From Felis catus (Eukaryota): a stretch of DNA of 64,000 nt. The notes beneath the pieces are model-generated. The model was not told the origin of the DNA. It did no database searches and saw only the letters and a program-made list of their open reading frames with translations. Both the position numbers and the translations under genes were made by a program. Positions 12,561 through 25,809 of the stretch are shown piece by piece. Each line of letters begins with the position of its first letter. Position 1 is the first letter of the stretch. The stretch lies in the NCBI RefSeq assembly GCF_018350175.1, contig NC_058368.1, positions 206,958,001-207,022,000 on the forward strand. Direction: 5' to 3'.

Positions 12561-13264
12561 TAAACTATGTTTAACCATGGTAGTCATTATTTTGAATTTT
12601 TATACAACATTCCCTAATCCAACCCATATTTGAGATTTTCTCGGAGCCGAGCCTATATAATTTCAATGAAACCCTATAAACCTGTAACTGAATACAAATA
12701 AACTCTGATTCTATTTTGACTTGCAATTGACTCCTCTCTATATAAAATATCTTTGCAATAAATTTAATTTTAATAATTTTTTTAAAGCAATGTGAATTGG
12801 GAAATAATTTATATTCTTTACTAAATTATATCCCTTTCTAAAAATATGTTAACTTTCTGGGATTTCACCGTCATTGGTAAACATGTAAAGATTTCTGCAT
12901 GGACTTTCATTTTGGACGCAAATGAATATGGTAAATGTTAAATCATCACTTAACATTACTTTTTTTTCGGGATTAAAATAAGTTACTTTTGAAGAGGAAA
13001 ATGCTGCTTGTGCAGTGATTTAAATGGAGTAGGGGTAAATTATGTACTTCCAAGGAATTAAGCTGAGACTTTGTTAGAGATTCTGGTTGTATGTAGACAA
13101 GAATATGGGAAAAGAGGTAGAATGGACAGGATGAGAATTCAGGAGTCCTGTGTTCTATTATTCTTAGCTGTTTAAATAAAATACATTTCACAAAGAAAGT
13201 TTCAGAGTCATGGTTGGGCTCAGTTTTTCATCTGTAAATTGAGAAACTAAAATAACATGGCCAT

Positions 13265-13350
13265 CCCTGTTTACAGATAAGGTATTTGAGACAAGGTAAG
13301 TTTAAGTAATTTTCCCAATGTCACACAGCCAGTAGATATAGAAAGGGAGG
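13265..13350 (-). mobile_element. MIR fragment
   Basis: 'tttacagataagg...gagacaagg...ttaagtaattttcccaatgtcacacagccagt'. Confidence 0.6.
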
Positions 13351-14076
13351 GTCTTGCCTTCATTTTTGGAAGGATTCTGTTTGCTAACCTGGAGCCACTG
13401 TCCATTATACATTTCTCATTCTTTTCTAGTATTATATAATTTTTCAGTGAGGAATTTTTCAGTAAAGCATTGCATTTATGAAAATAAATCTTTTTCACAT
13501 GAAATACACCTATGAACTTGCCCTAGAAGTTTCTTGATTTAAACAAACGAAAACATTTAAAAAGTTATAAAATTATCCTCCTGTTGAAAGGACACAGCTT
13601 AAGAAAGCTATAGAAAGCCTTCTAAATTCTTCTAGAAGCAATAGAGTTCTGCAGAGGTGCAGTTTACATGATATAATATTGGAAACATGTAGATTAAATT
13701 TCCCTTTATGTGGGAACTTTGTATGATAGGAAGAAGCAGTTTCAGCAAAATGTAATTTGAGTTTTCAACCACAATTGATAGTAGAAACAAAGTACAAAGG
13801 AATCTACTTGTCTTCCTTGAATATATAAGAAGTTCTAGCTCGAGGCTATATTTATATCAGAACAATTTATCTAAGTTTAGTGCGTTGGTGTAAATTTAGT
13901 CTCCAGCTAAAGGTTAACTTCAGCTGTGATGAGAACAAACAAGCACAGATTTCTTTCTTTTCACTTGACTGAGTCTGGGTTGTACCTTATAGTGGTGGTG
14001 GTAGTAAGATGCCAGTGGGTGGGGATGGGAGTGGAAGGAGTTAGTCATTCAGGATGTAAACCTTCAGCTGTGCAGG

Positions 14077-14095
14077 TAGTGCCCTCTGCTGGTCA
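14077..14095 (-). promoter_or_regulatory. Predicted CTCF binding site
   Basis: Minus strand reads TGACCAGCAGAGGGCACTA, a 14/14 match to the CCASYAGRKGGCRS core, in sequence with no repeat I recognise. Confidence 0.6.
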
Positions 14096-16179
14096 TTAAA
14101 CATGTGCATCAAGACTCTCCTATGGAAAAGGAAGTTGGAAAACACATTACCCTTATTGCTGTAAATAAGCATTCAACTCTAGGCTGAGTATTAAATTTAT
14201 TTTTCTAAGTCTAAATGGTAGTACTAAGGGAATCAGGAGTAGTTATTTGTAATACCTAAGTCAGTTTATCACATGACTTCAACTATGGCTAACATATAAT
14301 ATTTTGTAACATAATTTTCAAAATGTGTTATGTAGAAATACAACGTTCCAAAAAGTAAAATAATTAGTTGAATAGCAAAAAAATATAATGATGAGTTTCC
14401 TTTAAATATCCACTGCTCATAGGGACATTTAAAAATTTTTAATTGTTATTCTACTCATATTAAATGCTTAATTTGAACACGCAGTTTGGATATACCTCTA
14501 CTGGGAAAAAATATATAGTTCTCCACAATATGTTACCATAACTCTTACATGGGAACAAAGCCAAAGCCAAGGAAACCAATCTGAGACTGGTTGAGGAAGG
14601 CGTATCGTAGCATGGAGAAGAACCTCTTCAATGTCTCCTGCCTCAGTCAGAACCACTTTGGATACTGGACCAGTATTGAGGTTGAGGATAAGTAACAAAT
14701 AGCTCAAATATGAGATTCATGTAAAAGCTCTGATGAACCTGATATCTATACCTGAATCCATGCTTTCTGAATTTCTCTGATACCCTCTTAAGGAAGCTAG
14801 GGGCAAGGCTTTTGAACTCCAGTTTCTTACCAGGGACAGTAGATAAGCATGTTTTCCCTTTACTTATTAAAGGTACAAATCATGTGTAACTTAGACACCT
14901 TTCATTAAAGACTAGAAAGCAGAACAACCCATTCGGGCCCCACACCTCTTGAGGAAAATATTAACTTTTACTGTCTTTAGAGTAATCCCAGAAGTTAACA
15001 TTGATCATAAAGCATATATTGAAGCTTGGAAAGGAGAGAGCAAGGAGTAGTCACTCACAGTGGCTTATAAATGACAGATCTTAGTGAATATTGTCCATCT
15101 CTCCAGTGTGAATACATAAATAACTATTAAAGAGACTTCCAGTCACACACACGGGGGAAAAGCCAGAGCAATGTCAAGTAGAATCATTAGAGAAAAACAG
15201 CACACTAGACTTCATTCTGACCACAAGTCCCTGGATATGGCTGCCATTGACGTGAGTGAAAGAGATTCATGCCAGTAGAAACAAAGTCAGGCTCAGAGAG
15301 ATGCCTTAACACCAGTTAACAGAGTTGTAGGAGAGTCCGTCATTCATTCAGTCAACATTTTTCTTCACTTAGAGTCAAGTAGATAGTGCTGGGGTTTTTT
15401 TTTTTTTGTTTGCTTGTTTTTGTTTCTTTTTTAAATAAAGCAGTGAACAAGGAGAAGCTGTGGTTTCCATCCCCCTGAAACTTGGGATAGGATAGGGGTA
15501 TCTCTACACACTGTGGTACAGATGTATGTGTAAATGTATTTGGGAGTCTGGTGACAGACACCTACACGTGTGTAACAGAAACACATAAACTCATGAGCAA
15601 TATGTCCTTCAGAAAATCTTTGGTCCTCATTTTCTTTTTTGTAAAAAGAAAAGATTTAGGTTAGTTAAATGTAATGTTTCTTAGAGGTCTGAAATTCTGT
15701 GAGTCTGTATGTTCAGTCTGTTTTACTTGTATATAAAAATGCTTTGGAAGAAAGACGGAGAGATTTTGGAATTGGCAGAATGATGAAAATCAGCCAAATC
15801 TGCCTCAAGGAAGTTTCATGAGGAAATGGATGTTGTTTGTGTAGATTCTTATCTAAACTTGGCACCTAATACGTGAGTTATCAGAAGCCAGATAACTGAT
15901 AGAAATGTTTTCTTTGAATTCATTTTTTTTCCTGAATTGGCAAAGCCTTACATAGAGTTGAAAGAGAGTAGAAGCTGGGTTTGAGAGAATGGGGGTGGGT
16001 ATGACTAGTAAGGGAAATCACATGGTTTAGAATTTTAGAGTTGGAAGGTCACTTGAGATTAATGAATGCAATTTTCAACCCAAGCACAAATCCTGTCCTG
16101 AAGAGTCTTGATAAGTTTTAGGGACAATGCATGCACAAAGTAGGATAATGTCATAGATACTAAGTATTTGAAAATGAGT

Positions 16180-17600
16180 CATAGCCAGATGAATAAAAGT
16201 GAAAAAGAAACTCTAGAAAGAGAGAACACCGTGACCAAATGGGGATGGGGAGGTATTACAGGCATTTCCCTATTAGGAAAGCATTGACTGTGAGTTAGGG
16301 AATAGTGGCAAATGTGACTGGAAAAAGGGTATTCGTGTCATGTTCTGTGTTGAGCTAAGAATCTTGGGATTTATTCCATTACCAGTAAGTGTTTTAAGCA
16401 AACTAGTGGTACAGTTATATTTACATTTTAAATAGAGCAACCCAGGTACAACATGGAGAATGTATTTGAAGGTGGTGGGACTAGAAGCAGGCTCTTTCAA
16501 TAACCAGTAGAGATCATTAAGCTAGGATCTAGAGGAGAATAGAAGTAATAGGTGGGAAGGAGGAAATAAAGAATGGAAAATTTTGGAAAATCAAATCAAC
16601 AGGTCTTATTTAATTGCTTGTTTTTGAAAACTAGTAGAGAAGACCTACAGATTTTTGGTTGGGTAACCATTAACATAGAGGAAACAAACAGAGAGGTAGA
16701 TGAAGGGGAATATGGTGAGTAAGCACATGGCCTTGAATTTGGGTTGCATGTGAGATATCTATATAAATCTAATTAATGTCATGTTTAAGGGAGAGAGAGA
16801 CAGAGACAGAAGAAATTGATAACTACCATCTAAGACTGAATAGTGCCTAAAGGGTTTGAATTAATTGATAGGATTGAGTTTTGATAAGTTCATGAAAAGA
16901 TCAAATTATAGGTAAAACATGTAACTTTTATTTTTCAGTACATCTGAATTTATGAGCAACTTAATTGCCCCCACTACTTAGTAAAAACATTTAGCACTTT
17001 GTAAATAGTCAAGCAATGGTGATTATGATTATTATTATTAGTTAGAATTTTACATCACCTTGGGATTTGAGAAAAAAAAATTGGGATGTGAAAAATCTTG
17101 TTTCTTCCAAAATCAGAGTCCATAAAACTCCGTGTGTGAGTTATGCAATTAAATCATATTCTCATGATTAAGTGTCTGGTAGAGTGAGAATGAGAAGAGT
17201 AGGCAGAGCTGGGTTAAGAAGGGAGGGCATTCCTGAAACAGATGGATTTGGCTGGTTTTCAAAGTATGACACAGAAGCACATGGAGGTTTGGAAAGGCAG
17301 GTGGGAATGGACTGAAAGAGGGCTCATGCAAAGCCAAGGAATATGGACTTGATCTTGTAGACAGTGATTGTTTAAACATGAAGAGATTTGAATGGATATG
17401 AGTCTTTCTGATTTTGGTTGTGGCATCTGTGTGAAGAAACACTGAAGCATGGAGAGTTTATAGTCATAGAGGAATAGTTGGGGACTAAAGCAATGGGAAT
17501 GGAGCAGGAACACTATGAGGAAAAATCTAGAACTACTGTTGTCTGACTCAGTGTAGGGATGGTGGAAGACATATTTATATACAATACTCTGAAGTTTCTA
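16180..17600 (-). mobile_element. Fragmented L2 LINE
   Basis: Purine-rich L2-like blocks at ~16180-16760 and ~17170-17600. Confidence 0.4.
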
Positions 17601-19155
17601 CCTTGATGTAAAATAGTCTCTTCATGGTGAATGTTTGCTTCACATTCTTCATACTTAACAGTGAGAAATTTCATCTATTTTTTTTCCTGCAAGATAGATG
17701 AATGATTGGCACTTTTAATCTTTGGGTTTCTCATTACTAGATAACTAAACGCAAATCATATCATTGTTCTCAATGATATGTGATTTTCACAGGGAATATT
17801 AATCCTGAACTAAATATTATTATTTTTGGTATAAGATATTTATTACCGCTTTTTCACCCTTGGTTCCATTAACATCACTGGTGATACTTTTGGTTGTGAT
17901 GTTTTCATTTATTAGTATTTGTTTAATGCAGATATGTTCAGAAGTGGATCTAAGTTAAAGTTAGCAATATTGGAACAAAATGAATTAAAAAAAAAACCCA
18001 CACTCTATAAAGTGGCTATTGTATGGAAATGCTACAAGGGTTTATGATATTATCTTTTAATCATTAATTCTTTTTTATGTTATAATCTAGATTTAGACCT
18101 AGATGCAGTTGACTTAGTTAAGCTTACATGTTAGTGTTTCTCATTGTTTTAAGCTCAAGTGGCTTTAAGATATATACCTTTCATACAAACATACATACAC
18201 TTCACATTGTGAATTATGACCCAGTAGTTTCCTTCATCTTCCAGAATTCCCATGTTTAACAAGAGACATATATTCATTACTAAGGAAGCAATTTATCAAA
18301 CTGGGGAGAAAAATACTTTCTATAGTTTTCAGATTGGTCCTATTTAAAACAAGTCTTCATTTCTTGTGTAGTCCTTTAGACAACGTTATATTTCCAGCTG
18401 CATAGATCTTTGTAAAAGAAGTTCTGAAAGTCATTTACTATAGTTGTTTCCAGACTTTTGTATTTTGTGGACAATAAAATGCAATTTAATATCAAAGAAA
18501 GAAAAGATTTGATTTTATTGTCAACTCCTTATTTTGCCAAAAAGACATTAAAATCTAACAAACAAGAAGCAAACAAAAACCTGTTGCATATCACCACTAT
18601 TAATCATAATGTAAAGAACTTCTCAATACCAAAAATCCAAAAAGACAGTATTGAATATATGGAAATTTTGATATATTATCTGTATTTCTCTCAGTCCTAT
18701 GTAAACTTTAGTATGAACACCATTGCCAATGTGTATAAATCACTGATCTAAAGCTGTAAAGCACTAACATGGATGATGAAAATGTCTTGTATTTTGAAAG
18801 ATCACTAGGGAAGGGTTTCTAAAAAAGGGAAATCTTTGATAAATAGAAAAGGGAGTCTAATTTTTTTTATATTTTTTCTTTTGTCTCCTGCCCTTCCATT
18901 CTTCCACTGAATGAAGGAAAAAGACAAAAATATGCTGCAATCATTCTTCTTTATAAATGCCTATTTTTATTTCTGGAATGTTCTTGTTCCTTTTGTGTCC
19001 TTGGCAAGCTTCCATGTATACACAGGTACTCAGCTTTTACATCACCTTCTTGGAACAGCCTTCTTTTCTCTTTTAATATTAGTTGTCTCTCTTCTCAGCA
19101 CATTGTGTATACCTACATACTAGCAATTATACTACTTTATCATAATCTATTTTTT

Positions 19156-19350
19156 TAATTTAAATTCAAGTTAGTTTGCATACAGTGTAGTCTTGGCTTC
19201 AGGAGTAGAACCCAGTGATTCATCTCTTACATATAACACCCAGCGCTCATCCCAACAAGTGTCCTTCTCAGTGCCCATCACCCATTAAACCCATTCCCCC
19301 ATCCACCTCCCCTCCAGCAACCTTCAGTTTGTTCTCTGTATTTAAGAGTC
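19156..19350 (-). mobile_element. Very short 5'-truncated carnivore L1 (3'UTR end only)
   Basis: Homologous to the L1 3' end at ~23200-23390; TSD tcataatctatttttt at 19140-19155 and 19351-19366. Confidence 0.9.
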
Positions 19351-19369
19351 TCATAATCTATTTTTTATT

Positions 19370-20525
19370 CCTATATGATAATTTCTGACATTAGTTATCA
19401 GATGCAGTCTATCTATATTTATTCTCATTTTTTTATATACTCAGTTTTATTTTTATATCTTATTTGGTGATTTCTGTTTACCTAGTTTTTCCCATGTTTT
19501 CATTTTTGTCCTTCTTTCCTGCCCTCTTTTAGAATGACTGAGTTTTAAAAATTTAATTTCTGCCTCTATTGGTTTGAATTTATAAACTATTATTGTTTTG
19601 TTGATTATCAAGATATTTAGCATAATTTTAAAAGTCTAAATTTAATTTATTTCTCCCCTCTTACTAATTATAAGCTTCCTGGAATATTTCCTTCATAAAT
19701 GTTAAGAAGGGAGTACACTATATTATTTTTATCTTGTATTGTAGCATTCATGATTAATCTTTACTATTTATTGCTATTATTTTTTATAGTCGTTGCTCTG
19801 TATTTCCCATGATTTTAAAAATCATATTGCTTGTCTTTTCTTTTTGTATATTAGTCCTTCCTTTTTGTTTTCATTTCTTTTTTCTTTAAGGTTATTTTTT
19901 GTTTGGTTGAAATGTGTTTATCTATTTTAACCTTATTCCTTAAAAATATTTTCAAGGGATATGTGGTTCTAGTTAGTCAGCTATTTTCTGTCAGCTCTTA
20001 GAGATATTATTCTACCCTTTCCCAGCTTTCATTTTATACCAAGATGAGAAATATAAGTCTACTTTTTATTTTTTTTTCTTTTTCTTTTGCTATTTTTAGA
20101 ATTTGCATGTCCTTACTATTCTTCAGATTCACAGAAATATGGTTAAAAATAGCTTTTATTATATGTACCATACTTGGGGGTCATTATGCTTTAAGAATCT
20201 GAAGATTCTTACCTTGCAGCCCTTCTTGAACATTCTTAGTCATTAAGCCTTTTGACTTTGCACTTTTCTTATTCTCTCAATTTTCTCCCTTGCAGAATTA
20301 TGCATTTATTAGGTCTTCTCTTACCTTCAATTTAATAGTTTCCATGTTTTTATATTACTAGGCTGTACTTTGGGTGATTTTTCTGTTCTCTCCTAACTTA
20401 TTATTCTTCCTCTAGCTATGTTTTATCTGCCATTTAATGTATTTAGTACATTTTGCATTAAAATCATTATGCTATCATTTTAGAATTAGAATGCCTATTT
20501 TGTTTCTTTTCAAATCTGATCTTTT
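19370..20525 (-). mobile_element. Ancient L1M/HAL1-like remnant
   Basis: T-rich, highly diverged antisense L1 ORF1-region-like sequence. Confidence 0.4.
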
Positions 20526-22552
20526 CTATAATAATATAGAAATGAAGCAGAGAAACCAGCATAGTGTTTACACCGTGAGACCTGTTGCCCACCCCAACTC
20601 AGAGCTGGTCAGTGTCTCAAAGAGCACTAGAGTCTGGTGGTGGTAGTGGTGGAGTGGTGGGCAGACGGGGACAGGTCAATGGTGGGCAATAAAAACATAG
20701 ATCCTGGCTTCATGCATCACCAGAGAGGGGGATAAGAGCCAGGTAGCAAGATAATAGCAGTTGCCATGTGGTCTAATAAATTTTGTGCACAGCAAACTTG
20801 AAATATTTTCTAATGAACACCCAGAGGTGAACACGGAGGGCACACTGGCAGGGAAATGCCGGTCTCAGAGTAGCAGGCAGAAGTAAAGGTCAGTGAGTGG
20901 GTTATTACTATTAATATGTGCTTATTTAGAACCCTACTTTTCATGGTCTGAGGAAACAGGTTATAAAACAATGGGTAAGAGAAGGTTGGAGAGTAACTCT
21001 GGGCAGTAGCATTAATACTACTTGTGAAATTACATCTAGTCTCAAATATGACCAACACTTTGTGAATTTGTTAAAATGGATATTTTGTCATTAACTTATT
21101 AATATAATTTCACTGATTTCATTGATGATGGACTCCAGGCTGAATCCTTAGCCTGCTGCCTGGAGACGTCATCTTCTTCTATTCTTTTCCTTCACCCTCA
21201 TCATACAACACCAATAAAACATGATATACTCAATTGAAAGGCTATTCCTTGTATAGAAAACACTATAGAAGTGATTTGACATTACCTGAATCACTGGTGG
21301 TTTTTTCATAGATAAATTTATCATGGCATCAATATATACATATATATTACAACGTAGATCTGTATGTGGATTCTAGGGAAATTTTCTGTATATATTGCAT
21401 TTAGGTTACCCTGTCAAAAGAGAATTAGGTCAATAAAAAAAGTATATTTAAAAAAATAATAATATTCATAGAATAGCTATGCATTGAACGAACACATCTA
21501 AAAAAAATGTCTCTATCAGCCTGAAATCTAGGCAGGGTTTTGTGTCTGTAGGTAAAGATATAGAAGTTTTGAATTGGTTTCCCCAATATCTGTAGGCAAA
21601 CATTTCTAGGACTTATTCTTTTCATGAAGAAAATTTAACAGTATTTAGCAATTCAACTAATATATAAGACTTTTTTCTGCTGGGTACCTCTAGTCTGCCC
21701 CTTCGTCACATAATCTGTGAAATAATTTACTCTTCACTGATTAATTCCCTGGGAAAAGTATCAATCTTCAATCTCATGTTTTCCAAATCTATAGAATTCT
21801 TCACATTATTATGAACTATCCTACATGTAATGCAGTTTTAAGTTATCCCTAATAAACAATAAAACTCAAGTATCAAATGTATAATCTCCTATGCAGAACA
21901 ATGTTTAACAAAATAGCTTTGTCTGAAGAACATATTAGGAGGCAGTGGAATCTTTGAAAACATTGGCAAAACTTTTAAGTTGAATAACAGTAAAAAGTCT
22001 GAATAAAATAACAGATGAAGGAAAGGACACTTAACACATCGAATAGTTTAACTTCTGGGGTCATATTGAATAAAGTAATGTTGTTTTTTCTTCAGCATTT
22101 AAAATAGTATCTTGTGTATTTTTCTTTTTAAGAAAAATAAGTTATTAAATAAGTTACATTTAGTGCTGGTGAACTTCTTTTGTCTAAGACACATACCATG
22201 TATTGGTTCATTTAAGATTGTCATACTCCAGTCAGATAGTTTCCCTCTTCCTCTTATCCCCAGCCATCTGTTATTCCTTCTGTGGTGTTTACCAATGTCA
22301 TAAGAGGCAATTATTCAGAATTTCTCACCTATGTTTTGCTTCCTGGGGGAATTTATGGAAGATGGAAGATGGAAGGAAGCTAAGAAGTCAACAGGAAGGA
22401 AGTTTCCTGTTTCTCAGGAAACAGCAGATGGTGGCGAGGATCTGGAGAAAGGGGAACACTTTTGCAGTGTTGGTGGGAATGCAAACTGGGGGAGTCACTC
22501 TGGAAAACAGTATGGAGTTTCCTCAAAAAATTAAAAATAGAACTACCCTAAA

Positions 22553-22766
22553 GGGGTGCTTGGGTGGCTCAGTAGGTTAAGCACCCGACTTCAGTTCAGG
22601 TCTTGAACTCATGACTTGTGAGTTTGAGTCCCATGTTGGGCTCTGTGCTGACAGCACAGAGCCTGCTTCAGATCCTCAGTCTTCCTCTCTATCTGCCCCT
22701 CCCCTGTGTGCACATGCACTCCCTTTCTCTCTCTCTCTCAAAAATAAATAAACGTTAAGGAAAAAA
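22553..22766 (+). mobile_element. CanSINE nested in L1
   Basis: TSD agaactacccta at 22539-22550 and 22767-22778. Confidence 0.93.
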
Positions 22767-22938
22767 AGAACTACCCTACAACCCATCAATGGCACTTCTA
22801 GGTATTTATCCAAGATACAAATGCTGATTCTAAGGGGAACATGCACTCCAGTGTTTATAGCAGCAGTATTGACAATAGCCAAATTATGTAAAGAACCCAA
22901 ATGTCCATCAACTGATGAATAGATAAAGAAGATGTAGT

Positions 22939-22940
<2 letters not shown>

Positions 22941-22972
<32 letters not shown>
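22941..22972. repeat. (AC)16 microsatellite
   Basis: Perfect dinucleotide run inside the L1 fragment. Confidence 0.95.
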
Positions 22973-22974
<2 letters not shown>

Positions 22975-23659
22975 GAATACTACTCAGTGATGAAAAAGAA
23001 TGAAATCTTGTCATTTGCAACAACATGGATGGAACTAGAGTGTATCATGCTAAGTGAAATAAGTCAGTCAGAGAAAGACAAATATCATATGATTTCACTC
23101 ATGTGTGGAATTTAAGAAATAAAACAGATGAACATAGGGGAAGGGAAGGAAAAATAAGATAAAAACAGAGAGGGAGGCAAGCACATAAGACACTCTGAAA
23201 TACAGAGAACAAACTGAGGGCTGCTGGAGGTGTGTTGGGTGGGAGGATAGGCTAAGTGTGTGGTGGGAATTAAGGAGGGCACTTGTTGGGATGAGCACTG
23301 GGTGTCATATGTAAGTGATGAATCACTAAAGTCTACTCCTGAAACCATTACTACACTATATGTTAACTAACTTAGATTTAAATTTAAAAAAGTAAAAGAA
23401 AAAAATAAAACATGCAAATACTTAAAAAAAGTCTCAGTGAAGAGGAGGAATAAATTGTTTCAAGAATAAAGGCATGGATAAAGCCATGTGTTATAATAAA
23501 ATAAGACCTAAAATTATTCTGTGAGTATAAATTTCTCCTTGGGGAGAAAACACTGTTAATGAAATGCAAGTAACACTATTCAGTGTCAGGAATGTAGAAA
23601 GTTTAAAATTCATGCAGAACCTAACACAATATTATCCAATCAATAAACATTTAAAATAT

Positions 23660-24910
23660 TATTTCTACCAGCATTATATGAGAGTTCCAGGTTTTTTTTT
23701 TAACACTTGGTATGGTCAGTATCTTTAATTTAAGCCATTCTTATAGATGTATAATATTAGCTCATGGTTTTAATTTGCATTTCCCTAGTGATTAATGATA
23801 TTGATTATCTTTTCACATGCATTTTTTACCATCTATATATCTTCTTTGGTGAAGTGTCTGAAGAGTTCACCCATTTTATTTTTTGGGTGTTTCTTATTAT
23901 TGAATCTTGGGATTTCTTTATACATTCAATATATAGGTTATTTATGTGATATGAAAATATTTTCTTCCAATCTGTGGATTATCTTTTTATTTTCTTAATG
24001 TCTTTTGAAGAACAGAATTTTAAATTTTAATGAAATACAATTTATTATTTTTTAAAACTTTACAGATTATGGTTTTGGAGTTGTATCTAAGAAATATTTG
24101 CCTAACATTTTAATGGTAATGTAAAATGGTACAATTACTTTGGAAAACCAATTTGACAATGTCTTTAAAACTTAAACACTGATCTACTATATGCTGTAGC
24201 CATTCCAATTCTAGGCTTTTACTTTAGAGAAATGAAAGCATATGTTTGCACAAAGACTTACATCTAAATGCTCATAACAATTTTATTTGTTTTTTAAATC
24301 TTTTAAAAATATTTCTGGTATTTATTTATTTATTTACTTATTTATTATTTTTAAATTTATTCTCAAGTTAGCTAACATACAGTGTATACAGTGTGCTAGT
24401 GGTTTTGGGGGTAGATTCCTGTGATTCATAACAACTTTATTTGTAATAGGTGAAACTGGAAATAACCCAAATATCCATCAACATTTGAATATTGAATAGA
24501 TAAACAAATTTTGGCATATCCATACAATGGAATATTACCCACCAATAAAAACTACAGTTATTGGTGTATGTACCAAACGTACTTTAAAGTAATTACATGG
24601 AGTGAAAGAAGCCAGACCAAAAAAATGAGTACATGTTGTGTAATTTCGTTTATATAATTTATAAATTCTATAAATTGCAGCCATCCGTAGTAACAGAAAA
24701 AAGATGAGAGATTTCTTGGGGGGGAGGTGGTGAGGCCACATAGAGATGGGAAAGGGATGATTACAAAGAGGCATGAGGAAATTTGGGGGGATGACTGAAT
24801 ATGTTTATTATCTTGATTGTGGTGATGTTTTCATGGGTGTACTTCAGGTCAGAACTTGCACATGTGCACTTTATTATTTGTAAATTAAACACCAAGAAAG
24901 TTGTGAATAT
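23660..24910. mobile_element. Ancient L1M element with inverted 5' part
   Basis: 23660-24107 is antisense L1 ORF2-end sequence and 24117-24910 is its sense continuation into the 3'UTR. Confidence 0.75.
24291..24425 (-). mobile_element. Ultra-short carnivore L1 3' end inserted in the old L1M
   Basis: 'caagttagctaacatacagtgta...gtagattcctgtgat'; TSD tcataacaa(t/c)tttatttgt at 24272-24290 and 24426-24444. Confidence 0.85.
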
Positions 24911-25721
24911 TATTTCTACATTCTGACGTCACAAATATACCAGCTCAACTAAAAAAAAAAAATGCTGCTTGTTCTTGTGATTTGATCAGATAATTTGCTC
25001 AAACTCAAAACATCATCAGTTTCTTGGATAGTTTCAGTAGTTTTTCACTCAGAATGTGAGGACTTTGAGAGCTGATAATAAAGCCTTGGGAATGTGGTGA
25101 CAAGTTGCAAAATGTGTACCCTTTTGCCTTAAACTCTCACTAAGTTGGAATCACTGCATTCAACGGAAAATACTTCTTCTAAGTAAACTTCCAGGAAATG
25201 GAAATACACTTTTTTGGGGGACTTTTTCTTTGTAAAGACCTTTTTTTTCATGGATTTGGAAAATCGATTTTCTTTTTACAATGTTTTGTTTTCTAATCAA
25301 ATTTTCCCAGAAACAGATGTCTTAACAAAAGTATATATTGGAAACACTTGAAAAATGACTTCACATCTGCAACTTCTGAAACATGTTTTAATATTTCACA
25401 AGTCTTTCAAGTCCTTTGGTTTCTTGTATGTAGTGTTTTTAAAAGAAACTTCATCTCAATTTTCTTCATCTTTAACATTTGTTGTAAGCTTAGCACTTCT
25501 AACACCATTAAAAAAATTTTTTGCAAGTTTTTTTTGATGTAGGACGTTACAATTTAAAAACATTCAATCAAAGTGTATTTCACGCCATGCGCTTAAATTT
25601 ATGTTATCTTTAGTGAAAAATAATCATTTATCTGACTAAAACCTTTTAATAGTTTAGGATAAAGTAAACAATTCTCTCTCTGGTCCTAAGGGATTGTGAT
25701 CAAAAGAAGGAAAAGAAAGAT

Positions 25722-25807
25722 GGGGCACCTGGGTGGCTCGGTTAAGCATCTGACTTTTGATTTCTGCTCAGGTCACTATCTCGCAGTTTCATGAGTTTGG
25801 GTCCTGC
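25722..25807 (+). mobile_element. 3'-truncated older CanSINE (head only)
   Basis: 'ggggcacctgggtggctcggttaagcatctgact...catgagtttgggtcctgc', then no CT linker or tail. Confidence 0.8.
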
Positions 25808-25809
25808 TG

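Larger units (their letters stand above)
22415..23410 (+). mobile_element. 5'-truncated carnivore L1 (ORF2 C-terminus plus 3'UTR)
   Basis: L1 blocks such as 'gaacccaaatgtccatcaactgatga' and 'atggatggaactagag', G-rich 3'UTR and A tail; interrupted by a SINE and an (AC)n tract. Confidence 0.9.

Noticed and set aside
15180..15240. 'NSTLDFILT' peptide resembling a CR1/L2 endonuclease motif
   Set aside because: Single short motif with no extended homology visible by eye.
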